Below are positions 52,358-64,000 of a stretch of DNA of 64,000 nucleotides, piece after piece. This DNA comes from Mobula hypostoma (lineage: Eukaryota): assembly GCF_963921235.1 (NCBI RefSeq), contig NC_086097.1, forward strand, positions 130,140,001 to 130,204,000. The letters are read 5' to 3'. The notes beneath the pieces were generated by a model. The model ran no database searches. It saw only the letters and a program-made list of their open reading frames with translations, and was not told where the DNA came from. How positions within the stretch are numbered: position 1 is the stretch's first letter; each line of letters opens with the position of its first letter. The position numbers and the translations under genes are program-made.

Positions 52358-52559
52358 GTACTGAGTAACGATTTGATCTGTGTAAATAGTGTACAAGTTT
52401 TTCCACTCTATCTTAGTACATGTGACAATAATTAATACTAAAAGAATGTGTTTTGTTTAAGGCAGATAGCAAGCAACTTCACCCCACAGCAGAGGTGTTT
52501 AAAACTCTAGGGCACAGACTAAAGGCAATTTTTTGAGTTTTAGAGGGGATCTGAAGAGG

Positions 52560-53250
52560 TGGTAAGTGGAAAAGACAAAAGAAGGAGGAATCTGATAGAA
52601 GAGAGTGGATCAAGGGATAAAGGGAAGGAGGAGTGGTATTAAGCAGGTGAGGAGAAGAGGTAAGAGGCAAGAGGAGGGCAGGGGAAACATTACCAGAATT
52701 TGGAGAAATCAATGTTCATGCCATCAGGTTGGTGGCTACCAAGATGGAATATGAGGGGTTGCTCCCAAATCCAAGAGTGACCACACTGTGGCAGAAGAGG
52801 AGGCCATGGACCCACATGTCAGAATGGGAATGGGGATAGCTGCTGGGAAATTCCACTTTTTGCAGATGGAGTGGAGGTGCTCGGCAAAGCAGTCCCCCAA
52901 TCTATATTGGATCTCACCAATGTTCAGGAGGCTGCCTTGGGAGCACCGGACACAAACAACCCCAGCAGATTCACAAGTGAAGTGCTGCCTCACCTGGAAA
53001 GACTATATGAGGCCCTGAATGGAGGTGAGGGAGGAGGCAAATGGACAGGGTGTAGCACATCTGCCATTGGCAGGGATAAGTGCCTGGAGGGGGAGTAGTG
53101 GGGAGGGATGAATGGACAACAGAAACACAGAGGGAGTAATCCCAGGAGAAAGTGGAGAGTGGGTGGAGGTAAAGATGTGTTTGGCAGTAGGGTCTCATTG
53201 AAGATGGCAGAAGTTGCTGAGAGAAATGTGTTGGATGCGGAAAGTCATTA
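52560..53250 (-). mobile_element. Penelope-like GIY-YIG 3' fragment
   Basis: ORF 52736..52993 FTCESAGVVCVRCSQGSLLNIGEIQYRLGDCFAEHL; nucleotide similarity to 40070-40780. Confidence 0.8.
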
Positions 53251-53629
53251 TAGATGTTATAGTTGATCATTTTCCCCCCTCTCTATTGGCACACAAACCT
53301 ATACTCGCAGCACTCTCTTAATCAGTCTCTAACCACTTCATTAGCAACTTAACCCTAGCCTCAACTTACCACAGATCTTCCTTTGTCCTAACCATCAGCA
53401 GGTTGCTTTTGATTTCCTGATTGTACATCACCCCCTCAGCACTGGCACAGAGAATACAGGCCTAGACTTTGTGCTTACAGCCTTCCAATCAGAGAAAAGA
53501 TTGCTTATAATTGAACTAACAGATTACCCTATCACGAAGCTGGAAGGGCAAGTTGACAGGAGTCAAAAGAACTCTACTGCATCGATGTGAACTTTTTTGA
53601 AAGTTCTTTGGGACTTTAATTTTGGAATG

Positions 53630-53870
53630 GCATGGTACAGTAATAGTTAGCGTAACGCTATCACAGAGCCAGCAATCCAGGTTAAACTTATCTAAAAGTT
53701 TGTACATTCTTCCCATGACCACGTGAGTTTCCTCTGGGTACTGTGGTTTCCTCCCACATCCCAAAGTCTACAAGTTAGTAGGTTAATTGGTTACACAGGC
53801 GTAATTAGGCTGCATCAACTGGTTGGGCCAGAAGGCCCTGTTACTGTGCTGCATCTCTAAATAAATAAAC
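53630..53870 (+). mobile_element. V-domain-type SINE (dispersed family)
   Basis: Motif tgtacattct.ccc.tgacc.cgtg.gtttcctc.ggg...ggtttcctcccaca recurs at about 20-300(-), 7630-7910(-), 8840-9110(+), 9810-9990(-), 33050-33210(-) and 58115-58200(-). Confidence 0.7.
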
Positions 53871-54100
53871 AAACTGTACATGGACACGGCAGGCTACGTG
53901 TAACTAGATGCTGTTAAAATGTTCGGAGTTCACGACACAAGATAGTTTTGGAAGCTCAGTCAGTATATCCTCAGAAGAAATTGGGACATTTCTGAATATG
54001 GGATATAGGATTAATGCAGGAAAAGCAGAATGAAAGCACAGTCAGCCATGATTTCATTGAATGGAACAAGCACATGGGGCCGAACTCCTACTTCCATTTA

Positions 54101-54240
54101 AAAACGCAAACACGAGCAATTCTGCAGATGCTGGAAATTCAAGCAACACACATCAAAGTTGCTGGTGAACGCAGCAGGCCAGGCAGCATCTCTAGGATGC
54201 TGCCTGGCCTGCTGCGTTCACCAGCAACTTTGATGTGTGT
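54101..54240. mobile_element. Short foldback Penelope-derived insertion with perfect 46-bp hairpin
   Basis: Arms 54145-54190 and 54196-54241 are exact reverse complements with a TCTAG loop; 15-bp TSD TCCTACTTC(C/T)ATTTA at 54086-54100 and 54241-54255. Confidence 0.88.
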
Positions 54241-54394
54241 TCCTACTTCTATTTAGACCTTATATTAGGTAGGCCTCAATTTTTGGCTCTGCATCAGGTA
54301 TCCTCTTAAAACTTGTTACAATTATGCAACTAAATGTACTAGCCAACAAAAATTCTTCTATTCTCCTTCCTCCCAGCACTTTTTTGCTCTAAAC

Positions 54395-54587
54395 CAGGGG
54401 TCAGCAACCTTTTTGCCTCTGTGGGCGGGATCGCGTATTAATGAGCGGACAGTGGGCCAGTTAAATGCCATAAAAAAAACTTGAAATATGGGAATTATCC
54501 ATTTAAATACATCTAGTTATGTTTTGCCTCAAATTAATGAATAACGCGCGCTAGAAAATCATTTGTGCTTAAGGTTGCCTACCCTTG
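54395..54587. mobile_element. hAT (Charlie-like) MITE
   Basis: TIRs caggggtcagcaacctt / aaggttgcctacccttg; perfect 8-bp TSD CTCTAAAC. Confidence 0.88.
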
Positions 54588-57500
54588 CTCTAAACACTAG
54601 CCTTCAATGTTAAATCCACATTTTTCAACTTCCTCTCTAGAGTTCACAATTTTTGAACTATTAAGTTTTTAGAAAAATAAATAAGCGGGGTTCAATGAAG
54701 TGATATGAAAATCGTCAACAATCCATTCACTCAATCAACTGAAGGTTTCCCTGTACCTTGTCCCAATGGACAAAACTCGCTCTTAAGAGCTTATGCCTGA
54801 AAATCATGTGTTACTTGGGTTTTAGTGCAAACCACAAATATATGGTTTACATATGACAAATTAGTACATCAAAATATAACACACCTAGCTGATTTGGCCA
54901 GGAGTGCCAGACCAAAGAATAATATCACGAAGTTACATAGACTTGTCAAACATTACACGGTGCTTCAAAGGATCACCCCAAATCTTTGTCAAACAAAGTT
55001 TTTAAGAAACATTCAAGAGAAGTGAAGTGGTTAAAGGACGGTACAAATGCATTACTCAAAGGAACTATTATAGATTTTGTCCTTAGCTTGTCTCTTGAGA
55101 AACTGTCTGAACTCTTTAAAACAAGGCCCAATCAATAATGATCAAAAGCTGTCAGAAACTATGATGCCAGCAAGATAAAACATAATATCCATAATCTGAC
55201 TGATTCAATATACTTCAGCACTGAACAAGCATCCTTTCATCCACTGGAGTGTTTGATGTCCCTGGGCCTGTACTCAATGGAACTCAGAAGATGAAAGGAG
55301 ATTTCATTGAAACCTATTAGATATTGAAAGTACTGGATAGAGGGGACATGGAGAGGATATTTCTATTAGTAGGATTGTCTAGAATCAAAATAAATGGACA
55401 CCCCTTTAGAACTGTGGTTAGGACAAATTTCTTCGGCCAGTTGGCGAATCAGTAAAATTTGTTTCCACAGAGGGCCGCGGACATCAAGCCATTGAGTGTA
55501 TTTACAAGAAAGTAATAGATTCCTGATTGGTAAGTGAGCTAAAGATTACACAGAAAAGGCAGGAGAATGGCTCAAAAAAAAAATTAGCCATAATGGCATG
55601 GCAGAGCAGACTCAATGGGCTGAATGACCTAATTCTGCTCTTTTATCTTACCGATTAACCACTTACTGGGGTCAAATATGGTGCAGTACCCTATTTATAT
55701 TAACCCTGAGGATTTATAAATATAATCATGGGGGACAGATCTTATCAAATGCTTGTCTGGTTATATCTGGAGTTGTGTACCAAAAACGGGAGCAGGAGAT
55801 GGCTGCTAGGCTTTCTAAACCTTCTCCACCATTCAGTACAATCATAGCTGATCCTTTACCTCAATCCCATATTCTTGATTTCTCTCCATGCCACTTAACA
55901 ACTTTTGTGTATGGACCTTTATTTCTCCTCAAATACATTATTTAATGACTTTATCCATTAGAAGGCAAGAGGATGAAACATGATCTTATAGAGATGCACA
56001 AAATCATGAGAGGTATAGATGCATTGAATGCAGCCTTTCTCCCCAACCCCCAGGGTTGGAGCGTCAAGAACTAGAGGACATGGGTTTAAGGTGGGGTGGG
56101 GGAGGTGCAATAGGAGTCCACCCAGAAGGTGCTTAGTTTATGGAATGAGCTGCCAAAGGAAGTGACTGAGGCAGGTACCTTCGCAGCATTTAAAAGAAAC
56201 TCAGACAGGCATACAGATAGGTGCAGAGGGATATGGGCTAAACTTGGACAAATAGGAATCTTGGCTGGCATGGAGCAGATAAGCCAAAGGGACTGATTCC
56301 ATACTGTATGACAACTCTATTGAATAAACTTAAATCCACAAAGTCATACTAAGAAAATCATTGAACATTCCGTACTCAAATCAATTGACTATTAGAAGCT
56401 AAGGGGTAACCTGACAGGAATATATAAAATCATGAAGGGCAAAGATAGGGCTCAGAATAAAGTCTTTTCCCCCAGGTAGAAGAGTGAGAAGGCGGCAAAG
56501 GCTTACAGGAGATTTACAAGGCAGATGGCTTTCTCCCGCACAGAGTGGTAGGTGCCCAGAACGTGCTGCCACGAGGAAGTGGTGGAAGCAGATACAATAG
56601 CAATATTCAAGCAGCATTCAGATACATGAACAGGCAGGGAATGGAGGGACAGAGAGCATGTGCAGGCTGATCAGATTAGTTTGGATCGGCATCACGGTCG
56701 GCACAGACATTATGGGGTGAATCAGAATTGGAACTGGTTTATTATCAATGACATATGTATGTCATGAGATTTGCTGTTTTGTGCCAGCAGTACATTAAAA
56801 AAATTACTAAATTACAATAGAGCTGTTCGAGTCAACAACTCTCTGTAGTTTGTTTGATTTGTGCAGAGGAGCCCATGAACAATGAAGGCCCCATTCCAGT
56901 GCTATACCCTTCTACATATGCCAAAATGAAATAAAAACATTCCGGAGAGAGGAGAAAATCCCTTGCAGATCCAGAAGTACAAAGGATGTGAAACCAACTG
57001 GATAAGCACCAACTACAATTGCAACCTCACCTTTCTCCAGCATTCAAGTGCTTGAGCAGTTTCCACAGCCTTTCAGAAATCTGACTTAAATGAAAATAAC
57101 ATCTGGGCAGATTCTCCACCAGCCCCATCTTGGCTTACATTTATAAGCAAGTCTTGAAAAAGGATGGAGACTCCAGGGAACAGTGGACACAGATATTCCA
57201 CCCGAGAACGGAAGCAATTCACTTTTTCCAGCTTGCGAAACAGCAAGAAGTATTTAAAGGCAAAACATATCCGGTCCAGATTTAATAGTTCCAAACCTAT
57301 CACTCAATTCATCTGACAGCATTTTTTCCCGAATTAAATAATAATTACATTTTAATGCTTTGTGTCATGTACCCACAAGTTACAGCTAGTCAGGTAACAA
57401 AAAATTGCTCTTATGTATCCACATATCATAATCAATACAAAAAGCTAACAAAATAACAAATTTTGTCAACATTTCCACCAACCCCATGTTTACTCTACAG

Positions 57501-58319
57501 AAAAACAAGATAGGTTTAGGAACACAACCTTCCTATAATGTGGGGTGTGCCATCGTGTGTACGCTATTAACCACTGCTCATAACAGGTTATGTGAAATTC
57601 AGTTTGAGATTTGTTACCATGAGGGGTCTTGCAATGAGAAGCTACACTAAAAACTTTCTATGGATACAAGATGTAGTCATCAGTACTTTATGTAAAAAAA
57701 AGTAACAAGGATGCATCAAGAAATGTGAGGAAACACAGTAAACCCAGTGGGCAGCAGCTACAAACCAAATATAAATACTCTGTGCAATAAGCAAATTGAA
57801 ACCAAACACAATCTAAGCTGAGAAAGATCATTCACCACATACAATGGAATCATCAACATCAAGCTGAGAGGTTAGAGAACACCTCAGTTTATCACCTTAA
57901 TAGCATAAAATAATTACCACCTCATGCTACATGAGATTACACTCTCAACCCGCTGGAGAGCATTTTGAACTCAGAGTTCCATTTGCTGCTGAGCCGCAGC
58001 CAATGCCAATTATAAAGAGTTTAAATTTTCCAATTTTCCTGCCAGGGTGGTAGAGAAGGCAGATACATCAAGAGCATTTAATAAACTATTAAATAGGCAC
58101 ATGAATGATAGAAAAATGGACTGGGGGAGGAAACCAGAGCACCCAGAGGAAACCCACACAGTCACAGGCAGAACATACAAACTCCTTACAGACAGCAGCA
58201 GGCTCGCTGATGCAAGTCATGAAATTTGTTGTTTTACAGCAGCAGTACAGTGCAATACATTAAAATTATAAACTGCAATAATATAAAAAGGGAATAATAC
58301 AAAGTAAAATAGAGAGGTG

Positions 58320-58910
58320 GTATTCATAGGTTCAGAGACTGTTCAAAAATCTGACGCCAGAGGAGAAGAAGCTGTCCCTAAAGTGTTCAGTGTGCGTCTT
58401 CAAGCTCCTGTACCGCTTTCCCAATGGCAATAATGAGAAGAGGGCACGTCCCAGATGGCAAGGGTCCTTCATGATAGATGCTGGCTCTTGAGGTACCCCA
58501 TTTTGAAGATCTTCTTGATGGTGGGGAGGCTTGATGGAGCTGGCCGAGTTTTCAACCCTCTGCAATATTTTCTGATCTTCTACAGTGGCACCTCCATACC
58601 AGATGGTAATGCAACCAGTCAGAATGCTCTCCACAGTACACTTGTAGAAGTTTGCTGGAGTCTTTAGTGACATACCAAATCTCCTCAAACTCCTAATGAA
58701 ATATATCCCGTAGCAGCCTTCTTCGTAATTGCATCAATATGTTGGGCCCAGGATACAGCTTCAGACCTGACGACACAGAAACGCAAGGCTGCTCAACCTT
58801 TCCACTGCTGAACCCTTGTTGAGGATTGTGTGTGTTCTCCTCATCTCCCCTTCCTGAAGTCTACAATCCATTCCTTGGTCTTACTGAAGTTGAGTGCAAG
58901 GTTGCTGTTC
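58320..58910 (-). mobile_element. Rex1/Babar-type LINE 3' fragment
   Basis: ORF 58332..58688 RRFGMS...FYKCTVESILTGCITIWYG...LFSLLPLGKRYRS; related fragments near 3110-3590, 29300-30050, 37400-37810 and 63490-63900. Confidence 0.8.
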
Positions 58911-59650
58911 AAAGTTCGGAGTACATACATGTCACCAGATACAACCCTGAGATTCTTTAAATAAAATCTCCCAGACCAACACAAAAAGTCCCAATTATGC
59001 TGGATGAACTGAGTTTTACTGTACTGGGTACCATGCTAATAGTGGCCCATAATATTGTGCCAAACTAATTAACTAATTAACCAAATGAACACCTGCAAGC
59101 TACACAATCTCCATAGCTCACTATTCTCTCCACATTCATATGCCTATCATATATCTATCATAATTGCCTCCACTACCACCCATAATAGTGCATTCCAGAC
59201 TCCCTTGAACTCATCCCCTCACCTAAATGCACACCTTCTAGTATTAGACATTTCTATATTAGGATAAATATAATGGTTGTCTATATATACCTCTCATCAT
59301 TTTATAAACCTCTATCAATCTTCTCTCAGTTCCCCCCACTTCAGAGAAAACGATCCAAGACTGTCCAACCTCTTGTTATAGCACACGCCCTCTAATCCCA
59401 GCAGCAGCCTGGTAAATCTCTTCTGTACCCTCTCCATAGTCCCCACATCGATACTATAATGGGGTGACCAGTATTAAATGCAATACTCCAAATACAGCCT
59501 AGGCAGTTTAATGAAGCTGCAACATAACCTCCCGAACTTAAAGGCAAGCATGTTGTGCATCTTCTTTACCACTCTATCGACTCTAAGTGAGGTATGGACA
59601 CGGACACCAAGATCCCTCTATACATCAACACTATTTACAGTGTACTCTCC

Positions 59651-60014
59651 TTATTTGATTTTGAGAAAAGATGGGGCTCATTTGCTTGTTATTATCATTT
59701 GAGATAATTGATAATTTTTTTCCACGATCTAACTGCAAATTTTTTTTAGTATATTTTCTTTTCTTGCTGGCAGTTTGATGTTTATTTTTAGAAGCTTTTT
59801 GTATGACGCAGGACTCCGGGTTGTACACCTAATGGGTTCCTTTTTTGTCCCCCCTCACTTTTTCTGCTAGTAGGTTTTTTTTGTTATCACAAAATAATTT
59901 TTTCAATCTTTAAGATAATGTCTTTTTTGAGACATTGTAAGTGTTGTTACTTCAATGTACTCATGTTATTTATTTTGTATAATATATTACAATAAAAAGA
60001 TTTGAAAAGAACTC
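59651..60014 (+). mobile_element. 5'-truncated L1/Tx1-like 3' end inserted in a CR1
   Basis: T-rich 3' UTR, AATAAA and A-rich tail; 10-bp TSD TGTACTCTCC at 59641-59650 and 60015-60024. Confidence 0.6.
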
Positions 60015-60759
60015 TGTACTCTCCCTTTACATTGGATCTCCCAAAGTGCAACATCTCATACTTGGTTGGATTAAACTCCAACTATTAAACGGAGCTCTTC
60101 GGGGTAGACATACTTTCAAAGAGTAGTTAGGGACATCTCACTGGAATCTCAGCCAGTAATTACCTGTCAATCAATACAGATAACCTGGCAATTAATTAAA
60201 AGCTGTTTTGTGGGAGCTTGCTGTGTATAAATGGCTGCTGCATTTGCTCCCATGTCTACCTGTCAAATTCTCTTCAGTGGCCACAAAGCACTTTGGGTTG
60301 TGCTTGAACAGGAGAAGAAAAGCACAACATAAAAATACAAAATCCTCTGAAAATACTCTGCTTCCAAATCCCTCCATGAACTCGCCTTTCCCTCCTTCCA
60401 TGGGCTAACTCATCAGGAGCCTCAATACAATGAGATGTTGTACTCTGAATATCAGCATACTCATTCAAACACACCCGAATATACTTGTGCAACTACCGTT
60501 CAAATTTCTTAAATGCAAACCATGACTAAGATGTTTTCTGCTTTGCCTCAGCAAGCACTCAACAGTGCCAACATCCCTGATAATCCCATCTGACTAGAAG
60601 GTTAAATAATAGATTGAGAAAAACACACCAAAATACCTTTATAATGGACTGGACAAGTCTTTCAGAAACAACACCTGCTGTGTCAATACCATTCCAGGAT
60701 GCACTTGCGCTCCAAAGGTCAGTTGGATGCACCTCAGTCACCCATCAATATCATGCAGA

Positions 60760-62762
60760 ATTATATAAAGCAGAAAATGGTGGCTAAGATGAACATAGGT
60801 CCCTTGGAGGACAAGAAGAGAGAATTGATATGCAGTAACGAGGAAATGGCCAAGGCTTTGAATGACTACTGTGAGATGATCTTCACAGTGGAGGACACGT
60901 CTAACATGCCAAAAAGAGATGTTATGGGTTCAACATGAGGTAAGGACCTCGATACAACAGCTAAAAAGATAGAGCTGAACAAACTCGTGGGCTTGAAGAT
61001 AGTTAAGTGCCCTGGTCCTGATTGAATGCATCCCAGGGTACTAAAAGAAATGGCAGAAATTATAGTAGAGGCTTTGGTGATAATTTACCAAAATTCTCTG
61101 GACCCTGGGCAGGTCCTGGCAGATTGGACAATGGCAAATGTCACACCACTGTTCAAAAAAGGATGTAGGCAAAAGGAGGCAGGTAACTATAGGCCAGGTA
61201 ATTTAACATCTGTAGTTGGGAAAGTGCTTGAAACTATCATTAAAGAAGAAATAGCAAGGCATCCGGAAAGAAATGGATCCATCAGGCAGATGCAGCATGG
61301 ATTCAACAACAGCAGGACTTGTTTGATAAACTTACTGGTGTTCTTTGCAGATATAATGAGCGCAGAAGGGAACAGATGGACGTTATCTACTTGAATTTCC
61401 AAAAGGCATTCAATAAGGTGCCACATAGAAGACTCGGGGGTTGGTGCTGGGCCCACAACTGTTCACAATATACATTAACGATCTGGAAGAGGGGATCAAA
61501 TGTAGTATATCTAAGTTTGCTGATGATACTAAATGAAGTGGAAAAGCAAATTGTGCAGAAGATATGGAGAGTCTGCAGAGATATAGATAGGTTAAGTGAG
61601 TGGGCAAAGGTTTGGCAGATGGAGTGCAATGTTGGTAAATGCAAGATCATCCACTTTGGAAGGAAAATGGAAGATCAGATTATTATTTAAATGGTAGAAA
61701 ATTGCAGCATGCTGCTGTACAGAGGGACTTGGGAGTGCTTGTGCATGAATCACCAAAGGTTGGTTTGCAGGTGCAACAGGCTATCAAGAAGGCAAATAGA
61801 ATGTGGCCTTCATTGCTGGAGGGATTAAATTTAAGAGCAGGGAGGTTATGCTGCAACCGTACAGAGTACTGGTGAGGCCGCACCTGGAGTACTGTGTGCA
61901 GTTCTGGTCTCCTTACTTGAGGAAGGATATACTGGCTTTGGAGGCGGCACAGAGGAGGTTCACCAGGTTGATTCCGGAGATGAGGATGTTAAACTATGAG
62001 GAGAGATTAAGTCACCTGGGACTGTACCTGCTGGAATTCAGAAGAATGAGAAGAAATCTTACAGAAACATATAAAACATAGATAACATAGAGGCATGAAA
62101 GTTGCTTCCACTGGTAGGTGAGAATAGAACTAGGGGACATAGCCTCAAGATTCGGGGGAGTAGATTTAGGATGAAGATGAGGAGCAGCTGCTTTTCCTAG
62201 AGAGTGGTGAATCTGTGGAATTCTCTGACAATGAAGCACTGGAGGCTACCTCAGTAAATATATTTAAAATAAACTTGGATAGATTTTTGCATCGTCGTCG
62301 TCAGGTCACATCTGGAATTTCCAGTTGGTGGACGATTTCCCTCCACGTCGCTCTGACTTATTGGGAAATCATATACTTGGCAAGTTACAGCAGTGGTTTG
62401 CCTTTGCCTTCTGCCGAGTGAGTTTAAAGAGATCACCACTTCTTGCAGTGGATGACCAGGACATCTAAATGCCTTGTCATGCTCTTAGTGCTCCACAAAC
62501 GCCTGTTGGCCTGCCTTCTTGACCGTTGGACCATTAATCGGTCTCCTCCGCTCCATCTGCCAGGGCCAGACTTCACACGCTGGGATAGGCAGATCCCCTA
62601 CCTCACCAAGGGTCAAAGAATTTTGCATAGGGGAAATTAAGGGTTATCGGGAAAAGGCAGGTAGGTGGAGATGAGGTTCATGGCCAGATCAGCCATAATC
62701 TTATTGAATGGCGGAGCAGGCTCAACGGGCCAGATGGCCTACTCCTGTTCCTATTTCTTATG
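60760..62762 (+). mobile_element. Decayed CR1 LINE RT region
   Basis: HPRVLKEMA...ANVTPLFKKG...NYRP; LVRPHLEYCVQFWSPYLRKD; 3' tail ggcctactcctgttcctattt. Confidence 0.88.
62293..62620 (-). mobile_element. Short non-autonomous RTE-like retroposon inserted in a CR1
   Basis: Minus-strand (GAC)n tail, motif gaaggcaaaggcaaaccactgc resembling RTE/Bov-B-related elements; 8-bp TSD TTTTGCAT at 62285-62292 and 62621-62628. Confidence 0.65.
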
Positions 62763-64000
62763 TTCAACAATTTGCAAGTACATTCTGCACAAGGGCAAAC
62801 ACATACCTTTGCTTGAGTGTTACAAAGACAAGAATGAAACCAGATCCTTGGTAAAGAATGTGGAGTTCTACTACTTCTGCACTTCTCCCTATCCATTACA
62901 AAAAATAAATCACACCCCAGGTTTTAAAATTCCACATCCAAATGATGACCTTCTTTCCTCTCTCTTCATCTGAAACAAATGTAGTCATATACAAAATGTT
63001 GCAAGAGATCCATTATTTTGCAAAGTATGAGGATAAAAGGGAGTTAGAGGCACCATAGGTTCAACATGGAGATGAGAAGGAGTTCCTTCACTTGGCAGTA
63101 CATCTTTGGAACCCTCCACCCTGGACAGCTGTGGCTGTTCAGTAACAAACTGTAATCAAAGCCAAGAATTGAAGAGTTATCAGGCACTCGGGAAGTAAAG
63201 ATTAATGGGAATTGTATAATGAAATGAACTTTAAACGCGGGATCAGCCAAGACCACACAGAAAACACTCAAACTCCTAAACTAAAAACAAATAACTTTGC
63301 ATCAGCAGGCACACCTGAGCCGTTTCCAGGTATATATATTTGAAAGACAGTTACTTCATATTCATATCCTCACACATGGAGTAAGGAATCTAAACCACTA
63401 CAAATAACCTCAAATAATTTACCACAGCTGCAGACTACATCCCCATTAAGGGTCAGACCAAGATGAAAATATAAACTTGGCCATGACTGATCATCGTACA
63501 TCACTGAGGGATCAGTAGTGGAAAGGGTGAGCAGCCTCAAGCTCCTGGGTGCCAACATCTCAATCTATCTATCTTCTGCCCAACATATTGATGGAACCAT
63601 GAAGAAAGCACACCAGTGACTAGACTTCATTTGGACTTTGAGGAGATTTGGTATGTCACCAAAGACTCGAGCAAATTTCTGTAAGTGTGCAGTCAAGAGC
63701 ATTCTGGATGGTTCATCACTACTTCATTTGGGGTCTCCAGTACATAGGATTGAAAGAGGCTTCAGAAGATTGTAAACAGCCAGCTCCATCACAGGCATAA
63801 GCCTCCCTACCATCAAGCCCCGCCAAGAGGCATGGCTCAAGAAGACAGCATCCATTATTGAGAACCCTCACCACCAGGGACATGTCCTCTTCTCATTCCT
63901 TCTGTTACAAGGATTTTCCCTCAATAAGTGACCAGTTAAGTTCAAAGTACCCTATCAAAATATGCATACATTATACAACCTTGAGGTTCACCTCCTAACG

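Noticed and set aside
44454..64000. Search for CTDP1 exon 1 and a CpG-island promoter
   Set aside because: No CpG island or matching coding sequence seen; presumed to lie beyond position 64000.

Overview
Repeat-rich vertebrate genomic DNA, inferred from its repeat content to be a cartilaginous fish, probably a ray or shark. The whole window lies inside one minus-strand gene, CTDP1 (FCP1, the RNA polymerase II CTD phosphatase). Seven internal coding exons, matching exons 2-8 of the human gene as recalled, are resolved with GT-AG boundaries and a continuous reading frame, including the catalytic DLDQT motif and the start of the BRCT domain. Exon 1 and exons 9 onward were not found. The introns contain decayed CR1 and Rex/Babar-type LINEs, tRNA-derived SINEs, Tc1/Tigger/hAT DNA-transposon derivatives, two probable solo LTRs and Penelope-like retroelements (RT + GIY-YIG). 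The most notable signal is a family of Penelope-derived repeats carrying a minimal type I hammerhead ribozyme (stem I-CUGANGA-stem II-GAAACGUC). Many copies are short TSD-flanked foldback insertions, including a tandem-hammerhead hairpin in the sense orientation of the CTDP1 pre-mRNA and a perfect 46-bp hairpin. Almost all other ORFs in the track are repeat debris or chance ORFs. Repeat boundaries without a stated TSD or TIR are approximate.
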